From NCBI GenBank assembly GCA_965207065.1, contig OZ242260.1, positions 3,712,001 through 3,776,000 of the forward strand: DNA of 64,000 bases, given 5' to 3'. Below are positions 1-9,757 of the stretch, piece by piece. The notes below the pieces were generated by a model. That model ran no database searches. It was not told the origin of the DNA and saw only the letters and a program-made list of their open reading frames with translations. How positions within the stretch are numbered: position 1 is the stretch's first letter; every line of letters begins with the position of its first letter. The DNA is from a bacterium (GTDB lineage: Bacteria; UBA8248). Both the position numbers and the translations under genes were made by a program.

Positions 1-15
1 CAACTTTTTTCAAAG

Positions 16-46
16 AAAAACCGGCGGGGTCCAATAACCCCGCCGG
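16..46 (-). terminator. Rho-independent terminator after ilvC
   Basis: 9-bp stem CCGGCGGGG/CCCCGCCGG (21-29/38-46) followed on the minus strand by a T-run (AAAAA at 16-20 on +). Confidence 0.85.
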
Positions 47-70
47 CCAGAAATGCTCGAAATTGCCCTC

Positions 71-1108
71 TTATACCACTTCCCGTTCCTCGATCCAGGG
101 CATCATCGCGCGCAGGCGGCGGCCGACCACCTCGATGTCGTGCTCCTTCTCCTTGCGCACCACGGTGTTGAACGTAGGCCGGTTCACCATGTTCTCGTTG
201 ATCCACTCGCTGGCGAATTTGCCGGTCTGGATGTCACGCAGGATTCCGCGCATCCGCTCACGTGTCGCATCGTCGATAACGACCTTGCCCCGTGTGATGT
301 CTCCGTACTCGGCGGTATCCGAAACCGAATAGCGCATCATGGTGATGCCACCCTGGTAGATCAGGTCGGTGATCAACTTCACCTCGTGGAGGCACTCGAA
401 ATAAGCAAGCGCGGGCTGGTAACCCGCTTCCACGAGCGTTTCGAACGCGACGCGAATCAACTCGGTGATGCCGCCGCATAGCACCGCCTGCTCGCCGAAG
501 AGGTCCGTCTCGGTCTCCTCTTCGATGGTCGTCTCGATGATGCCGGCGCGGGCGCAGCCCACCGCCTTGCCGTAAGCCAGGGCGTATTCTTTCGCCTTGC
601 CCGTGGCGTCCTGAAAAACGGCCACCAAACCCGGCACGCCGCGCCCGTCCTCATATTGGAACCGCATGGTGTGGCCCGGGCTTTTGGGCGCGATCATCAC
701 GACGTCGATGTTCTCGGGAGGAATGATTTGTCCGTAATTCAGGTTGAAGCCATGAGCAACCACCAGGGCGTCGCCGTCTTTCATGTTGGGCGCAATGTCC
801 GCATTCCAGATTGCGGGCTGGAGATGATCCTGCGTGAGGATGACCACCATGTCGCCCGCCTTGGCCGCCTCGGCCGTTTCCATCACCTCGAGGCCGTCAT
901 CTTCGACCTGCTTCCACCGGGGGGAAGTTTTCCTGAGACCCACGACGACGTCCGCGCCGCTGTCCTGTGCGTTCAGCGCATGGGCGCGCCCCTGGCTTCC
1001 GTAGCCGATGACGGCGATTTTTCTGTTTTGAAGCAGATTCAGATCCGCATCGGCGTCATAGTAAATTTTCAGGTCTTTTAATAATTGTTCTTCATTCGCT
1101 TCGCTCAT
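71..1108 (-). CDS. ilvC: ketol-acid reductoisomerase (class I)
   Basis: [39 protein letters not shown] and SDTAEYG motifs; 345 aa; GGAGG RBS. Confidence 0.98.
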   Translation of the reverse strand: MSEANEEQLLKDLKIYYDADADLNLLQNRKIAVIGYGSQGRAHALNAQDSGADVVVGLRKTSPRWKQVEDDGLEVMETAEAAKAGDMVVILTQDHLQPAIWNADIAPNMKDGDALVVAHGFNLNYGQIIPPENIDVVMIAPKSPGHTMRFQYEDGRGVPGLVAVFQDATGKAKEYALAYGKAVGCARAGIIETTIEEETETDLFGEQAVLCGGITELIRVAFETLVEAGYQPALAYFECLHEVKLITDLIYQGGITMMRYSVSDTAEYGDITRGKVVIDDATRERMRGILRDIQTGKFASEWINENMVNRPTFNTVVRKEKEHDIEVVGRRLRAMMPWIEEREVV

Positions 1109-1235
1109 GGCCTTTGGCCCTCCAGGATTCGCAGCCCTCGCCGCGCCATCAAAAAACGATCAACATGTGCGGAAAACACCCGCCTCTCGAAAAGTAGTCG
1201 GCTTCTCGTGGGAAACCGCTGAAAAAAGAGACCAT

Positions 1236-1264
1236 AATCTAGGAGCCGGAAGCGGGAGCGTCAA
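1236..1264 (-). promoter_or_regulatory. putative sigma70 promoter of ilvC
   Basis: TTGACG-N17-TAGATT on the minus strand. Confidence 0.45.
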
Positions 1265-1402
1265 GGCGCTCAAGACATCGGGGGGCGAATTCAAAAACAC
1301 CGCATTCCTTCCTCGGGCCCGTCCGCTCAAAAGCCCACTGCGAGTACCGCTCCGGTCTCTGGCGGAAGCATTTTGCTCCCCGGCAGAGGGCCCCTGACAC
1401 GC

Positions 1403-1436
1403 AAAAAAGCCGAAGCAATAACGCCCCGGCTTTTTT
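1403..1436. terminator. bidirectional Rho-independent terminator downstream of the desaturase
   Basis: AAAAAAGCCG...CGGCTTTTTT inverted repeat with A- and T-runs on both sides. Confidence 0.8.
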
Positions 1437-1447
1437 AGAATTTTCTT

Positions 1448-2908
1448 CTATATCGCAGAGGTGATGACGGGCCTGTCGATTCCCTTGAAGGCGACCGCAA
1501 TCTCATCGGCTGCTTTCGAGGCCGCATCCGCCGCTTCCTGCGCAAGCGCTTTTGCTCTTTCAACCGCCTGATGAGCGGATTCCGTCGCCCTGTCTTTCGC
1601 ATCCGCCAGATACGCGCTCGCTTGGGCCGAGAACTCGGCGGCTTCCGCCGCTGCGTATTTGGCCTGCTCGACTGCCGCCATCGCCAAATCCTTTGCCTTT
1701 TCCAGCATCTGGCGAACAGCCTGGTCGGTATCTTCTTCTTTATGCCGAAGCGCATGCGATGCATGCTCAAGGGCCGTATCCACCGATTCCATGGCCTTTT
1801 GGGCCGATTTCGCCGCAGCCTCGCTCGCTTCCGTCAAAGAAGGCATTCTGGGAATTTCCAGCGGCATCGTCGGGTCCGTCATCGTGTGAAGAATCTCGGC
1901 CCGGACTTCCTCCGAGGCCAGTCTTCTCGCCTCGGAGGCGCGCAAGCCCTCCTCGTCCACCATGATGTCGAGCCTCTTCGCCACCACGCGCTGGCTGGGC
2001 TCCCTCACCCCCCAGACCAAGCCTACGAGTTCCAACATCTTGATGAGCCGGTAGGTGATGTCCACCTCGAACCACCGTTGACCGTGGGCGGCCGAGCGCT
2101 GGTCCGCATGGTGGTTGTTGTGCCACCCCTCACCGAAGGAAAGCAGTGCGACGAGCCAGTTGTTGGTGCTTTCCTCGTCCGTGTTGTAATTGCGGTAGCC
2201 GAAGGTGTGCGTCACCGAATTCACCGCCCAGGTGTTGTGCCACAAAACGACCGTCCGCACGAATACGCCCCAAACGAGCCAGGACATGCCCAAGCCGCCG
2301 TATAATTCCCCGGCGAAGTAGATCGCCACCGCCGTCAGAACATAGATGGGGAAAAAGAATTTATCGAAAAAACGCTGCCATTTATCGCGGTGTAAATCCT
2401 TTGCGAAGCGCGAATACTCGTCATAGGTGTGCGCGTCCGGCAAGTTGACGAAAAGCCATCCCGCATGCGCCCACAGAAAACTCACGAGCGGGGAATGGGG
2501 GTCGGGCTCCTCGTCCGATTCCTTGTGGTGGATGCGGTGCATCGCCACCCACTCGATGGGTCCGCTCTGAAGCGCCTGGCAGGCGCAAAACGTGAAGAAA
2601 TACTCGACCGGCTTATACGTCTGGAAACTTCTGTGGGTCAGAAGCCGGTGATAGGAAATCGTCACACCCAGCATACCGGCCACGTAATACATGACGATTC
2701 CCACGACGAGACCGGAGACGCTGAAATAGTCCAGATCAAAAGCCATCAGGGCGAGCAGGTGAATCAACCCGATGACGAAGATGGTGCTCCACTGGAGCTT
2801 TCGTTCGTCTTTTCTGTGAATAGCGAGGCTGTGCTTCTTCGGAACCGTAGACAAGGGTTTTCTCCCATTCTCGAATAATCTATCTACAAGAGCATCCCAG
2901 AATTTCAT
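1448..2908 (-). CDS. delta-9-type acyl-lipid/acyl-CoA fatty acid desaturase with long Ala/Glu-rich C-terminal extension
   Basis: Three His boxes HRLLTH, HRIHH, GEGWHNNHH and TM segments; start ATG 2908 (TTG 2944 is an alternative). Confidence 0.92.
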   Translation of the reverse strand: MKFWDALVDRLFENGRKPLSTVPKKHSLAIHRKDERKLQWSTIFVIGLIHLLALMAFDLDYFSVSGLVVGIVMYYVAGMLGVTISYHRLLTHRSFQTYKPVEYFFTFCACQALQSGPIEWVAMHRIHHKESDEEPDPHSPLVSFLWAHAGWLFVNLPDAHTYDEYSRFAKDLHRDKWQRFFDKFFFPIYVLTAVAIYFAGELYGGLGMSWLVWGVFVRTVVLWHNTWAVNSVTHTFGYRNYNTDEESTNNWLVALLSFGEGWHNNHHADQRSAAHGQRWFEVDITYRLIKMLELVGLVWGVREPSQRVVAKRLDIMVDEEGLRASEARRLASEEVRAEILHTMTDPTMPLEIPRMPSLTEASEAAAKSAQKAMESVDTALEHASHALRHKEEDTDQAVRQMLEKAKDLAMAAVEQAKYAAAEAAEFSAQASAYLADAKDRATESAHQAVERAKALAQEAADAASKAADEIAVAFKGIDRPVITSAI

Positions 2909-3195
2909 TTCAGGTATGAGCGGACGATCAAGCGATGTTGCCAAGTCAATCTTCAGTCAAACTCAACATTTTGAGCAATCCCAAATATAATGGGCCAGAC
3001 GGGATCAGAAATCAAGTCCCCGAAAAGAAACAATGTCTCCTGGCAACACATCTTTACAAACTTTTACCGTCGCGCGGCCATGAGGGCGCAACACCCGGAA
3101 ACACAGGAGAATTCACTCGTCCGCGTTGTCATTTGGCAGATTCTCCCGTAAGAAACGTATTCCATATCCACACGTCATCCTGTGAGGAGAATACC

Positions 3196-4080
3196 ATGCC
3201 CGAAGTGAGAACAAACGGGGTCAATCTGTATTACGAAGCCAGCGGCGAGGGTGCGCCCATCGTCTTCGTTCATGAATTCGCGGGAGACTGCCGCAGTTGG
3301 GAGGATCAGGTCCGGTATTTCAACCGCAGATACCGGGTCATCACCTATAACGCGAGAGGATTTCCGCCCTCCGAAGTGCCGGAAGACGCATCGCAATACA
3401 GCCAGGACATCGCCGTGAACGACCTGGCCGGCCTCATCAGTGATCTGGGCCTCGCGCCCGCCCACGTCGTAGGACTATCGATGGGCGGCTATGCGACTCT
3501 CCACCTTGGCCTCCGCCACCCGGAACTTACCCGCTCCATCGTCGTGGCCGGGTGCGGCTACGGCTCCGAAATGGATCAGCGCGAAAGATTCCAAAAAGAC
3601 GCAGAAATTGTGGCCGACCGGTTCCTGAGCGAGAGCTTGGAGAAGTTCGGCCCCGTCTACACCGCCGGCCCCACGCGCATGCAACTGAAAAGAAAAGACG
3701 CGATCGGCTACCAGAAATTCATCGACCACTTCATGAGCCATTCCCCTCTGGGCTGCTCGAACACGATGCGCGGGGTACAGAGCGCGAGGCCTTCGGTCTA
3801 TGAACTCGGAGAGCAGATGAAGAACTGCTCCGTGCCTACGCTCGTTCTCACGGGAGATGAGGACTTCCCCTGCCTGGAGCCCGGGCTGTTCATAAAGCGC
3901 AACATCCAGACGGCCGCCCTCGTCACCTTCCCCAACTCCGGCCACCTTATCAACCTCGAAGAACCCGCCATGTTTAACCGCACCGTTCTCGAGTTCATCA
4001 CCGAGGTGGACGCCGGACGTTGGCCGATGCGCGACCCGCTCTCGATGGGAGAATCCGCGTTACTGCCGGACGAGGAATAG
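3196..4080 (+). CDS. alpha/beta fold hydrolase
   Basis: VHEFAGD and GLSMGG nucleophile elbow, C-terminal GH; GAGGAG RBS before ATG 3196. Confidence 0.92.
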   Translation: MPEVRTNGVNLYYEASGEGAPIVFVHEFAGDCRSWEDQVRYFNRRYRVITYNARGFPPSEVPEDASQYSQDIAVNDLAGLISDLGLAPAHVVGLSMGGYATLHLGLRHPELTRSIVVAGCGYGSEMDQRERFQKDAEIVADRFLSESLEKFGPVYTAGPTRMQLKRKDAIGYQKFIDHFMSHSPLGCSNTMRGVQSARPSVYELGEQMKNCSVPTLVLTGDEDFPCLEPGLFIKRNIQTAALVTFPNSGHLINLEEPAMFNRTVLEFITEVDAGRWPMRDPLSMGESALLPDEE

Positions 4081-4103
4081 TTATTTCAGGTCAAGGAGAA
4101 AAC

Positions 4104-4865
4104 ATGCCGGGCAAGCTGGAAGGAAAGAGAACCATCGTCACGGGCGCCTCATCGGGCATCGGTGCGGCCATCACGCGCAGATTCAGCACGGAGGGCGCAT
4201 CCATATGGGCAGCGGGCGGTTTCAACCAGGAACGCCTGAGTGGAATCATCACCGAATGTGGCGCAGGAGGCGGAAAAATCGACGGTCGATGCTATGACCT
4301 GAGAGACGCGAGAAAAGCAAACGACCTCATGAGCGACGGCGCACAATTCCTGGGCGGTCTCGACATCATGGTGAATTGCGCCGCCATGCGAGGGCACAAG
4401 AGTTTTCTTGAATTCACCGACGAGCAAATTGACGACCTATACGAAGTGAATGCGAAATCCGTGTTCATCGCCACGCGCGAGGCGGCCAGGCTCATGGCGC
4501 CCCAAGGAAAGGGAAAAATCCTGATGATCGGCTCCATCGACGGCGAGCGCGGAGTCCCCGGCAACGCCCTCTATTGCGCTACGAAGACCTCCATGCACAA
4601 CTTGACGCGCGCCCTGGCCGTGGAACTCGGCCCTCTTGGGCTGCGCGTCAACTGTCTCATGCCGGGTACCACCGAGAGCGAGCGCGTGAAGGAGATCCAC
4701 ATCAACGATCCCGTGCGCGCCCAGGCGAAACTGCCCCGTATACCCGTGAACCGCTTTGCGACTCCCGAGGAAATGGCCGTAGTATCGCTCTTCATGGCCT
4801 CGGACGAAAATGATTTCATGAACGGCGCCTTCATCTCTTGCGACGGCGGCACACTGGCGATGTAG
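4104..4865 (+). CDS. SDR family oxidoreductase
   Basis: TGASSGIG and YCATK motifs; AAGGAG RBS before ATG 4104. Confidence 0.93.
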   Translation: MPGKLEGKRTIVTGASSGIGAAITRRFSTEGASIWAAGGFNQERLSGIITECGAGGGKIDGRCYDLRDARKANDLMSDGAQFLGGLDIMVNCAAMRGHKSFLEFTDEQIDDLYEVNAKSVFIATREAARLMAPQGKGKILMIGSIDGERGVPGNALYCATKTSMHNLTRALAVELGPLGLRVNCLMPGTTESERVKEIHINDPVRAQAKLPRIPVNRFATPEEMAVVSLFMASDENDFMNGAFISCDGGTLAM

Positions 4866-4948
4866 CCGGACTGCGGTCCTTGGGAAGAGGAATACCCCGA
4901 CCATAAGAAAACATCACGATTTGCCAACCCACGGAGGTTTATCGAGCG

Positions 4949-6319
4949 ATGAAGAAAGCCCCTATCGTTTGTGAGGATGTCTCCCCCGCATTCCCGCCCT
5001 ATCCGGTGGCAGTCAAGGCCGGCGAGCTATTGTTCGTCTCAGGATTAAGACCCGTCGGCCCGGCTGGATTCGCAGACCTGCCCGAAGCCGGACGCGAGCA
5101 GATGCAGGGCTACCCGCTCGCCGACCTCACGGAAGAGCGAGTCGTCGCCGACTCCTGGGCTGTCCACGACAGCCTCGAAAAAGTTCTCGTCGCGGCGGGC
5201 ACGCATCGCGACCAGGTGCTGCGCCAGCATATCTGGCAGCGCGACAAGCGTTATTTTCCCAACTACGAACAAGTCCGGGTGCACTGGCAGCCGACGCCCG
5301 CACCGAGCAGCGGGCTGGGCGTGACTGACGTAATCGGGCGCGGCAGACACTGGATCGGTGTCGACGCCATCGCTGCCTGCACGCAAACCGGCGGCGTGTT
5401 CGGCGAACGCGAGGTGATGACCGACGTCTACAACCCGGATCTTCCCGCGGCCTCGCACTACTGCCAGGCGATACGCTCGGGCCCGTTCGCCTTTTTCGCC
5501 GGGCACATCCCGATCAAGACCGCAGAGCCCGGTAAACCGCTGGTCAACTCCTATGACGACGTGCCTGAGGAGGGTCGTTTCCTCTCAACTGGGCGCAGCC
5601 ATCCCGATAGCCGCCACGGCCCCATCGCATCGCAAACATGGTACGTCTTCAACGAGTTGCGCCGCACGCTCGCGGGCCACGGCATGGATATGGAAGACGT
5701 CGTGAACGTGTCGATTTTCCTGAGCGACCTGCGCGATTACTCCACGTACCACCGGGTACACACCCATTTCTTCCCGGAGGTTCAACCATCGCTTTGCGTC
5801 GTGGGATTCGACGAAGTGGGCCACCGCGGCACGCGCATCGAAATCGAAATCACCGCCATGGACAGGCGCAGTGGGCTCACCCGCCAGTCGTTCCCCTGGC
5901 CGGGGACGGCGCCCTTCGCGGCTCCCGCCGTCACGCAGGCGGGGCCGGTTTGTTACTTCTCGGGCATGGTGGGCGTCGCCGAGGCGGGAGCGCTCGTGCG
6001 GGGCGCCGATTCCCTTACCGAAGCAGGGCGGCGCGCCGTGTTGCCTATGGAAAAATTTGAGCGGCGGCCGGGTCTCGCCGCGCAATGCTGGATGGCGTGG
6101 GAACAGCTACGCGCCGCCGCGGCGGGTGCGGATATGGAACTGGCGGACATCGCCATGACCAGGGTGTACCTCTCCGACCCGGCGGACTTGGGCGTGTACG
6201 AGGCGGTTCGCGAGACCTTCATCGACGAGGACCTGCCCGCGTTCGAGTGCGTGATCGTGCATGGTCCCGGTCCGGTTGCGGAATCGCTGGTCCAAATCGA
6301 CGCTATCGGAATGAAATAA
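4949..6319 (+). CDS. RidA/YjgF-family protein with three tandem Rid domains
   Basis: Three repeats: AVKAGELLFVSG, AIRSGPFAFFAG, AVTQAGPVCYFSG, ending in IGVDAIA, IEIEITA, VQIDAIG; GGAGG RBS. Confidence 0.82.
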   Translation: MKKAPIVCEDVSPAFPPYPVAVKAGELLFVSGLRPVGPAGFADLPEAGREQMQGYPLADLTEERVVADSWAVHDSLEKVLVAAGTHRDQVLRQHIWQRDKRYFPNYEQVRVHWQPTPAPSSGLGVTDVIGRGRHWIGVDAIAACTQTGGVFGEREVMTDVYNPDLPAASHYCQAIRSGPFAFFAGHIPIKTAEPGKPLVNSYDDVPEEGRFLSTGRSHPDSRHGPIASQTWYVFNELRRTLAGHGMDMEDVVNVSIFLSDLRDYSTYHRVHTHFFPEVQPSLCVVGFDEVGHRGTRIEIEITAMDRRSGLTRQSFPWPGTAPFAAPAVTQAGPVCYFSGMVGVAEAGALVRGADSLTEAGRRAVLPMEKFERRPGLAAQCWMAWEQLRAAAAGADMELADIAMTRVYLSDPADLGVYEAVRETFIDEDLPAFECVIVHGPGPVAESLVQIDAIGMK

Positions 6320-6349
6320 CGGGAACGACAAAAACGACGCCTTGCGGGG

Positions 6350-7033
6350 TCAGAACCAGGCCCACAAATCTTCCTTTGCGCGAAGTTCCTCGCTGTCTCC
6401 GTCGAAAACGATGCGCCCGCCTTTGAGCACGATTGCGCGCTCGACAACGTCCAGGGCGGCGAGCACGTTCTGCTCGACGAGGATCAGTCCGGTACCGAGT
6501 TCTGAGTTGATACGCGAGAGCGAGCCCAGCACGCTTTTCACGATTGCCGGAGCGAGGCCGGCGGTCGGCTCGTCGAGCAGGAGGATTTGGGGCCGCGTCA
6601 TCAAGGCCAGCGCGACCGCGAGCATCTGCTGCTCTCCACCGCTCATGTCGCCTGCGAGCTGGTCCTGGCGTTCCCGCAGCAGCGGAAAAAGGGCAAAAGC
6701 CTCCTCGAGAAACGAGGAGTCTGACTTCGAACCGGCGATGTGGAGGTTCTGCTCGACCGTGAGGTTCGGAAAAACGTTCTGGACCTGCGGCACGAAGCCG
6801 ATTCCCAGCATGACGTTGCGGTGAACCTGATCCGGCACGATGGGCGAACCACCGAAATCCACGTCGCCGGAAACATCCCTGACGCCACCCACCAGACACT
6901 TGAGAAACGTCGACTTGCCCGAACCGTTGTGACCGAATATTCCTATCCGCACACTGGTCTCGAAAGACAGCGACACGTCGTTCACGGCGATAAGCGGCCC
7001 GTAGCGGGCCGTGAGGTTTTGGACTTCGAACAT
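6350..7033 (-). CDS. branched-chain amino acid-type ABC transporter ATPase (LivF-like)
   Basis: Walker A GHNGSGKS, MSGGEQQM, LLLDEP; start MFEVQ at 7033. Confidence 0.93.
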   Translation of the reverse strand: MFEVQNLTARYGPLIAVNDVSLSFETSVRIGIFGHNGSGKSTFLKCLVGGVRDVSGDVDFGGSPIVPDQVHRNVMLGIGFVPQVQNVFPNLTVEQNLHIAGSKSDSSFLEEAFALFPLLRERQDQLAGDMSGGEQQMLAVALALMTRPQILLLDEPTAGLAPAIVKSVLGSLSRINSELGTGLILVEQNVLAALDVVERAIVLKGGRIVFDGDSEELRAKEDLWAWF

Positions 7034-7046
7034 CGTTCTCTCTCGA

Positions 7047-7817
7047 TTACTGCGGGTGTTCGCCGCCGAAATACAGGTCCGTGAGCTGCGAATCGCGTGT
7101 GAGCTCGTCGACGGAGCCGCTGGCCAGAACACATCCGTTGAACATGAAAACCGTGCGATCGCTGATGTCGCGAATGAACGAGATGTTGTGCTCCACCACG
7201 CAGACTGCACGCCCGGCCTGGGCCTCTTCGCGGATGACGCGGATGATCGTCTCATAAGCCTGCCCCTCGACGCCCGCCATGGGTTCATCCAGCAACAGGC
7301 ACGCCGCATCGCTCATCAACGCCCGGGCGAGGCCGATCCGCTTCTGCTGGCCGTAGGAGAGTTCAATCGCCATATCGTGCATCTTGTCAGCAAGGCCCAC
7401 GCGCTCGAGAAGCACCATGGCCTTCTCCGTTGCTTCCTGGCGGAAGGCGTCGACCGAGCGGCGGCGTAACAGAATGCGCGCCAGGGATTCTCCGGGGTAG
7501 CGCCGCGTCGCAATCAGCAGGTTGTCGATTACCGACATCGAGTGAAACATGCGGGTGTTCTGCCAGGTTCGGGCCAGGCCGATGCGCGCGCGGTGGTGCA
7601 TGGGCAATTGATCCACGCGATGGCCTTCCAGAATGATTGAACCCGCATCCGGGGGAATCACGCCTGAAATCAGGTTGAACAAAGACGTCTTGCCCGCCCC
7701 GTTGGGGCCGATGAGGCCGACGATCTCACCCGCCTCGAAGCTCAGGTTGACGTCGTCCGCCACTACGATTCCGCCAAAGCTCTTGTGCAGATCCTCGACC
7801 CTGACGATTCCGCTCAT
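7047..7817 (-). CDS. branched-chain amino acid-type ABC transporter ATPase (LivG-like)
   Basis: GPNGAGKT, LSYGQQKR, LLLDEP; ATGA overlap with upstream permease. Confidence 0.93.
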   Translation of the reverse strand: MSGIVRVEDLHKSFGGIVVADDVNLSFEAGEIVGLIGPNGAGKTSLFNLISGVIPPDAGSIILEGHRVDQLPMHHRARIGLARTWQNTRMFHSMSVIDNLLIATRRYPGESLARILLRRRSVDAFRQEATEKAMVLLERVGLADKMHDMAIELSYGQQKRIGLARALMSDAACLLLDEPMAGVEGQAYETIIRVIREEAQAGRAVCVVEHNISFIRDISDRTVFMFNGCVLASGSVDELTRDSQLTDLYFGGEHPQ

Positions 7818-8728
7818 TCCGCATCCCTCCTCGCCCTGAAGGCCGCGCTCGCGCTCCAGGCCTCGAGCCCGCCGCCGCCTCTGGTGCCTCCCATCAGGCC
7901 CTGAGGGCGTGCGAAGAGGAAGAATATGACGAGCGTCGTATAGATGACGCCCTGAAGCGGCGCCATGATGGAGACGGGCAGGCCGAGAAACGTGATGGCC
8001 TGCGGAAGGGTCGTCAGGAGCACCGCGCCCACCAGAGGTCCCCACGTCGTGGCGGCGCCGCCCACGACCACCATCGTCAACAGGGCCGCAGATGTGAATA
8101 TACCGAATTGCTCGGGCGTGACGTAGGCGAAGTAATGCGCATAGAGAGCGCCCGCCAGGCCGGCCATGCCCGAGCCGATGGCGAACAGGACGATCTTGAT
8201 GTTCATTGCGTTGCGGCCCAGGGCGCTGAAAGCTTCCTCGTCATTGCGCATGGCGGTGATGGCCCGCCCGTAATCCCCTTCTACAATCCAGCCCACAAGC
8301 AGGACCGCGCAGGCGGCGACGACCGCGATGAGCAGGACGAAGACGAGGCTTCTCGACGGGCCTTCGTTCAGCACCGGAATGTTGGTCAGCCCGCCGGCCG
8401 CGCCAGTGAATTCGAGGTTGTTGATGACGTGCAGGATACCCAACTGAAACCCGATGCTGGCGATGACGAGGTAATCGCCCGACACGCGAAGCGAGGGCAG
8501 CGACACGCCGAATGAGAGCACCATCGCGATTCCTGCTCCCATCAGGATAGAGAGCGGAACCGGAATCTGCAGGTGAATCGCCAGCAGGCCGGAGCAATAG
8601 GCCCCGATGGCGTAGAAGATGGGATGGGCGACGCTCATCAGCCCGCCGTATCCCAGAATGAGATTGAAGCTCGTAGCGAGGATCACGTTGATCCCGATGA
8701 GCACCATTACTGTGAGAATATATTCCAT
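7814..8728 (-). CDS. branched-chain amino acid-type ABC permease (LivM-like)
   Basis: Hydrophobic; SFNLILGYGGLMS, GDYLVIASIGF, VVVGG motifs. Confidence 0.93.
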   Translation of the reverse strand: MEYILTVMVLIGINVILATSFNLILGYGGLMSVAHPIFYAIGAYCSGLLAIHLQIPVPLSILMGAGIAMVLSFGVSLPSLRVSGDYLVIASIGFQLGILHVINNLEFTGAAGGLTNIPVLNEGPSRSLVFVLLIAVVAACAVLLVGWIVEGDYGRAITAMRNDEEAFSALGRNAMNIKIVLFAIGSGMAGLAGALYAHYFAYVTPEQFGIFTSAALLTMVVVGGAATTWGPLVGAVLLTTLPQAITFLGLPVSIMAPLQGVIYTTLVIFFLFARPQGLMGGTRGGGGLEAWSASAAFRARRDAE

Positions 8729-8735
8729 GTCCTAC

Positions 8736-9683
8736 TCAATCGCGCGTGGCGTCGGCCACCGCCACGGCGGCGGAGCGTCCCGAAGGTCTCACCAGCCCGC
8801 TCAGCTTGCGCGGCAAGGCGAATCCGCGCGGGAAGAAGATGATGACGACAAATATCAGAATATAGGCCAGCAGCGCCTGCCATTTGGACGCGATGACCAG
8901 AATGCTGAACGCCTGTATGAGACTCAGCGCAATCGCCGCGATTCCTGCGCGAAAGACGTTGCCAATCCCGGCCAGAATCGTCGCGATGACGGCGAAGATC
9001 AAAAGATGCTGGAGCGGCGTGGAGGGAAACAACGCCGCCTTCGTCCCGAAAAGATACATGCCCGCCGTGATGAGTACCGCAGCGATGGAGATCGAAACGC
9101 CGTAGGCGCGCTTTCGGCTGATTCCGTATATCTCCGCCAGATTCTCGTTGTCGGCGACGGCAATCAGATACTGGCCGTAGCGCGTGCGGTTGATGAAGAG
9201 GTAGAGGATCAGCATCAGCACCGCCGTCACGGTGAGCGCCACCAGGTCCCAGTGACTGATCGCGATGCCGCCGTAAAGATCGACGGGCCACAACAGACTC
9301 GGGTAGAGCGTCTGCGGCTCGGTTCCGAAAGCGAGTTCGGTGAGATAGACAGAGAACTCCGAGAAAACGATCGTGAAGATAAACAGGGTCAGGATAGAGG
9401 AATTGCGATCACGGAAAACCATGAATGCGTAGCGCTCGAGCGCGAGCGAAACCGCAAGCGTTATCAGTAGCCCGAAAACCAGGGCGGGAACCAGCGGCAG
9501 ACCCCAGTGCCGAAACGCCACGAGCAGGGAGTAGTAGGCGAACACCATCACCCCGGCCTGAGCGAAGTTCCATATCTTGTTGACCTTGAGGACGAGCGAG
9601 AAAGCGACCGCAAACAGGCAGTAATAGGTCGCGGCAGCGAAGCCCGTCCACAGGAGCTGCCCCAAAATCCCCCAGGTCAGCAT
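8736..9683 (-). CDS. branched-chain amino acid-type ABC permease (LivH-like)
   Basis: Hydrophobic; WNFAQ, TRYGQYLIAVADN, PRG motifs. Confidence 0.93.
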   Translation of the reverse strand: MLTWGILGQLLWTGFAAATYYCLFAVAFSLVLKVNKIWNFAQAGVMVFAYYSLLVAFRHWGLPLVPALVFGLLITLAVSLALERYAFMVFRDRNSSILTLFIFTIVFSEFSVYLTELAFGTEPQTLYPSLLWPVDLYGGIAISHWDLVALTVTAVLMLILYLFINRTRYGQYLIAVADNENLAEIYGISRKRAYGVSISIAAVLITAGMYLFGTKAALFPSTPLQHLLIFAVIATILAGIGNVFRAGIAAIALSLIQAFSILVIASKWQALLAYILIFVVIIFFPRGFALPRKLSGLVRPSGRSAAVAVADATRD

Positions 9684-9712
9684 GGTTTGACGTCACACAC
9701 GATAAAATCCCG

Positions 9713-9738
9713 GTGGGCGCGCCCGCCGGCGCGCCCAC
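9713..9738. repeat. perfect 11-bp intergenic hairpin (REP-like or mRNA stabiliser) between SBP and permease genes
   Basis: GTGGGCGCGCC-CGCC-GGCGCGCCCAC. Confidence 0.6.
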
Positions 9739-9757
9739 ACAGAGAAAACATAAGCCA

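Noticed and set aside
1109-1400. Possible attenuator or riboswitch upstream of ilvC
   Set aside because: No Ile/Leu/Val-rich leader peptide, T-box or recognisable aptamer seen.
3041-3060. Possible sigma54 promoter TGGCAAC...
   Set aside because: No TTGC element at the correct spacing.
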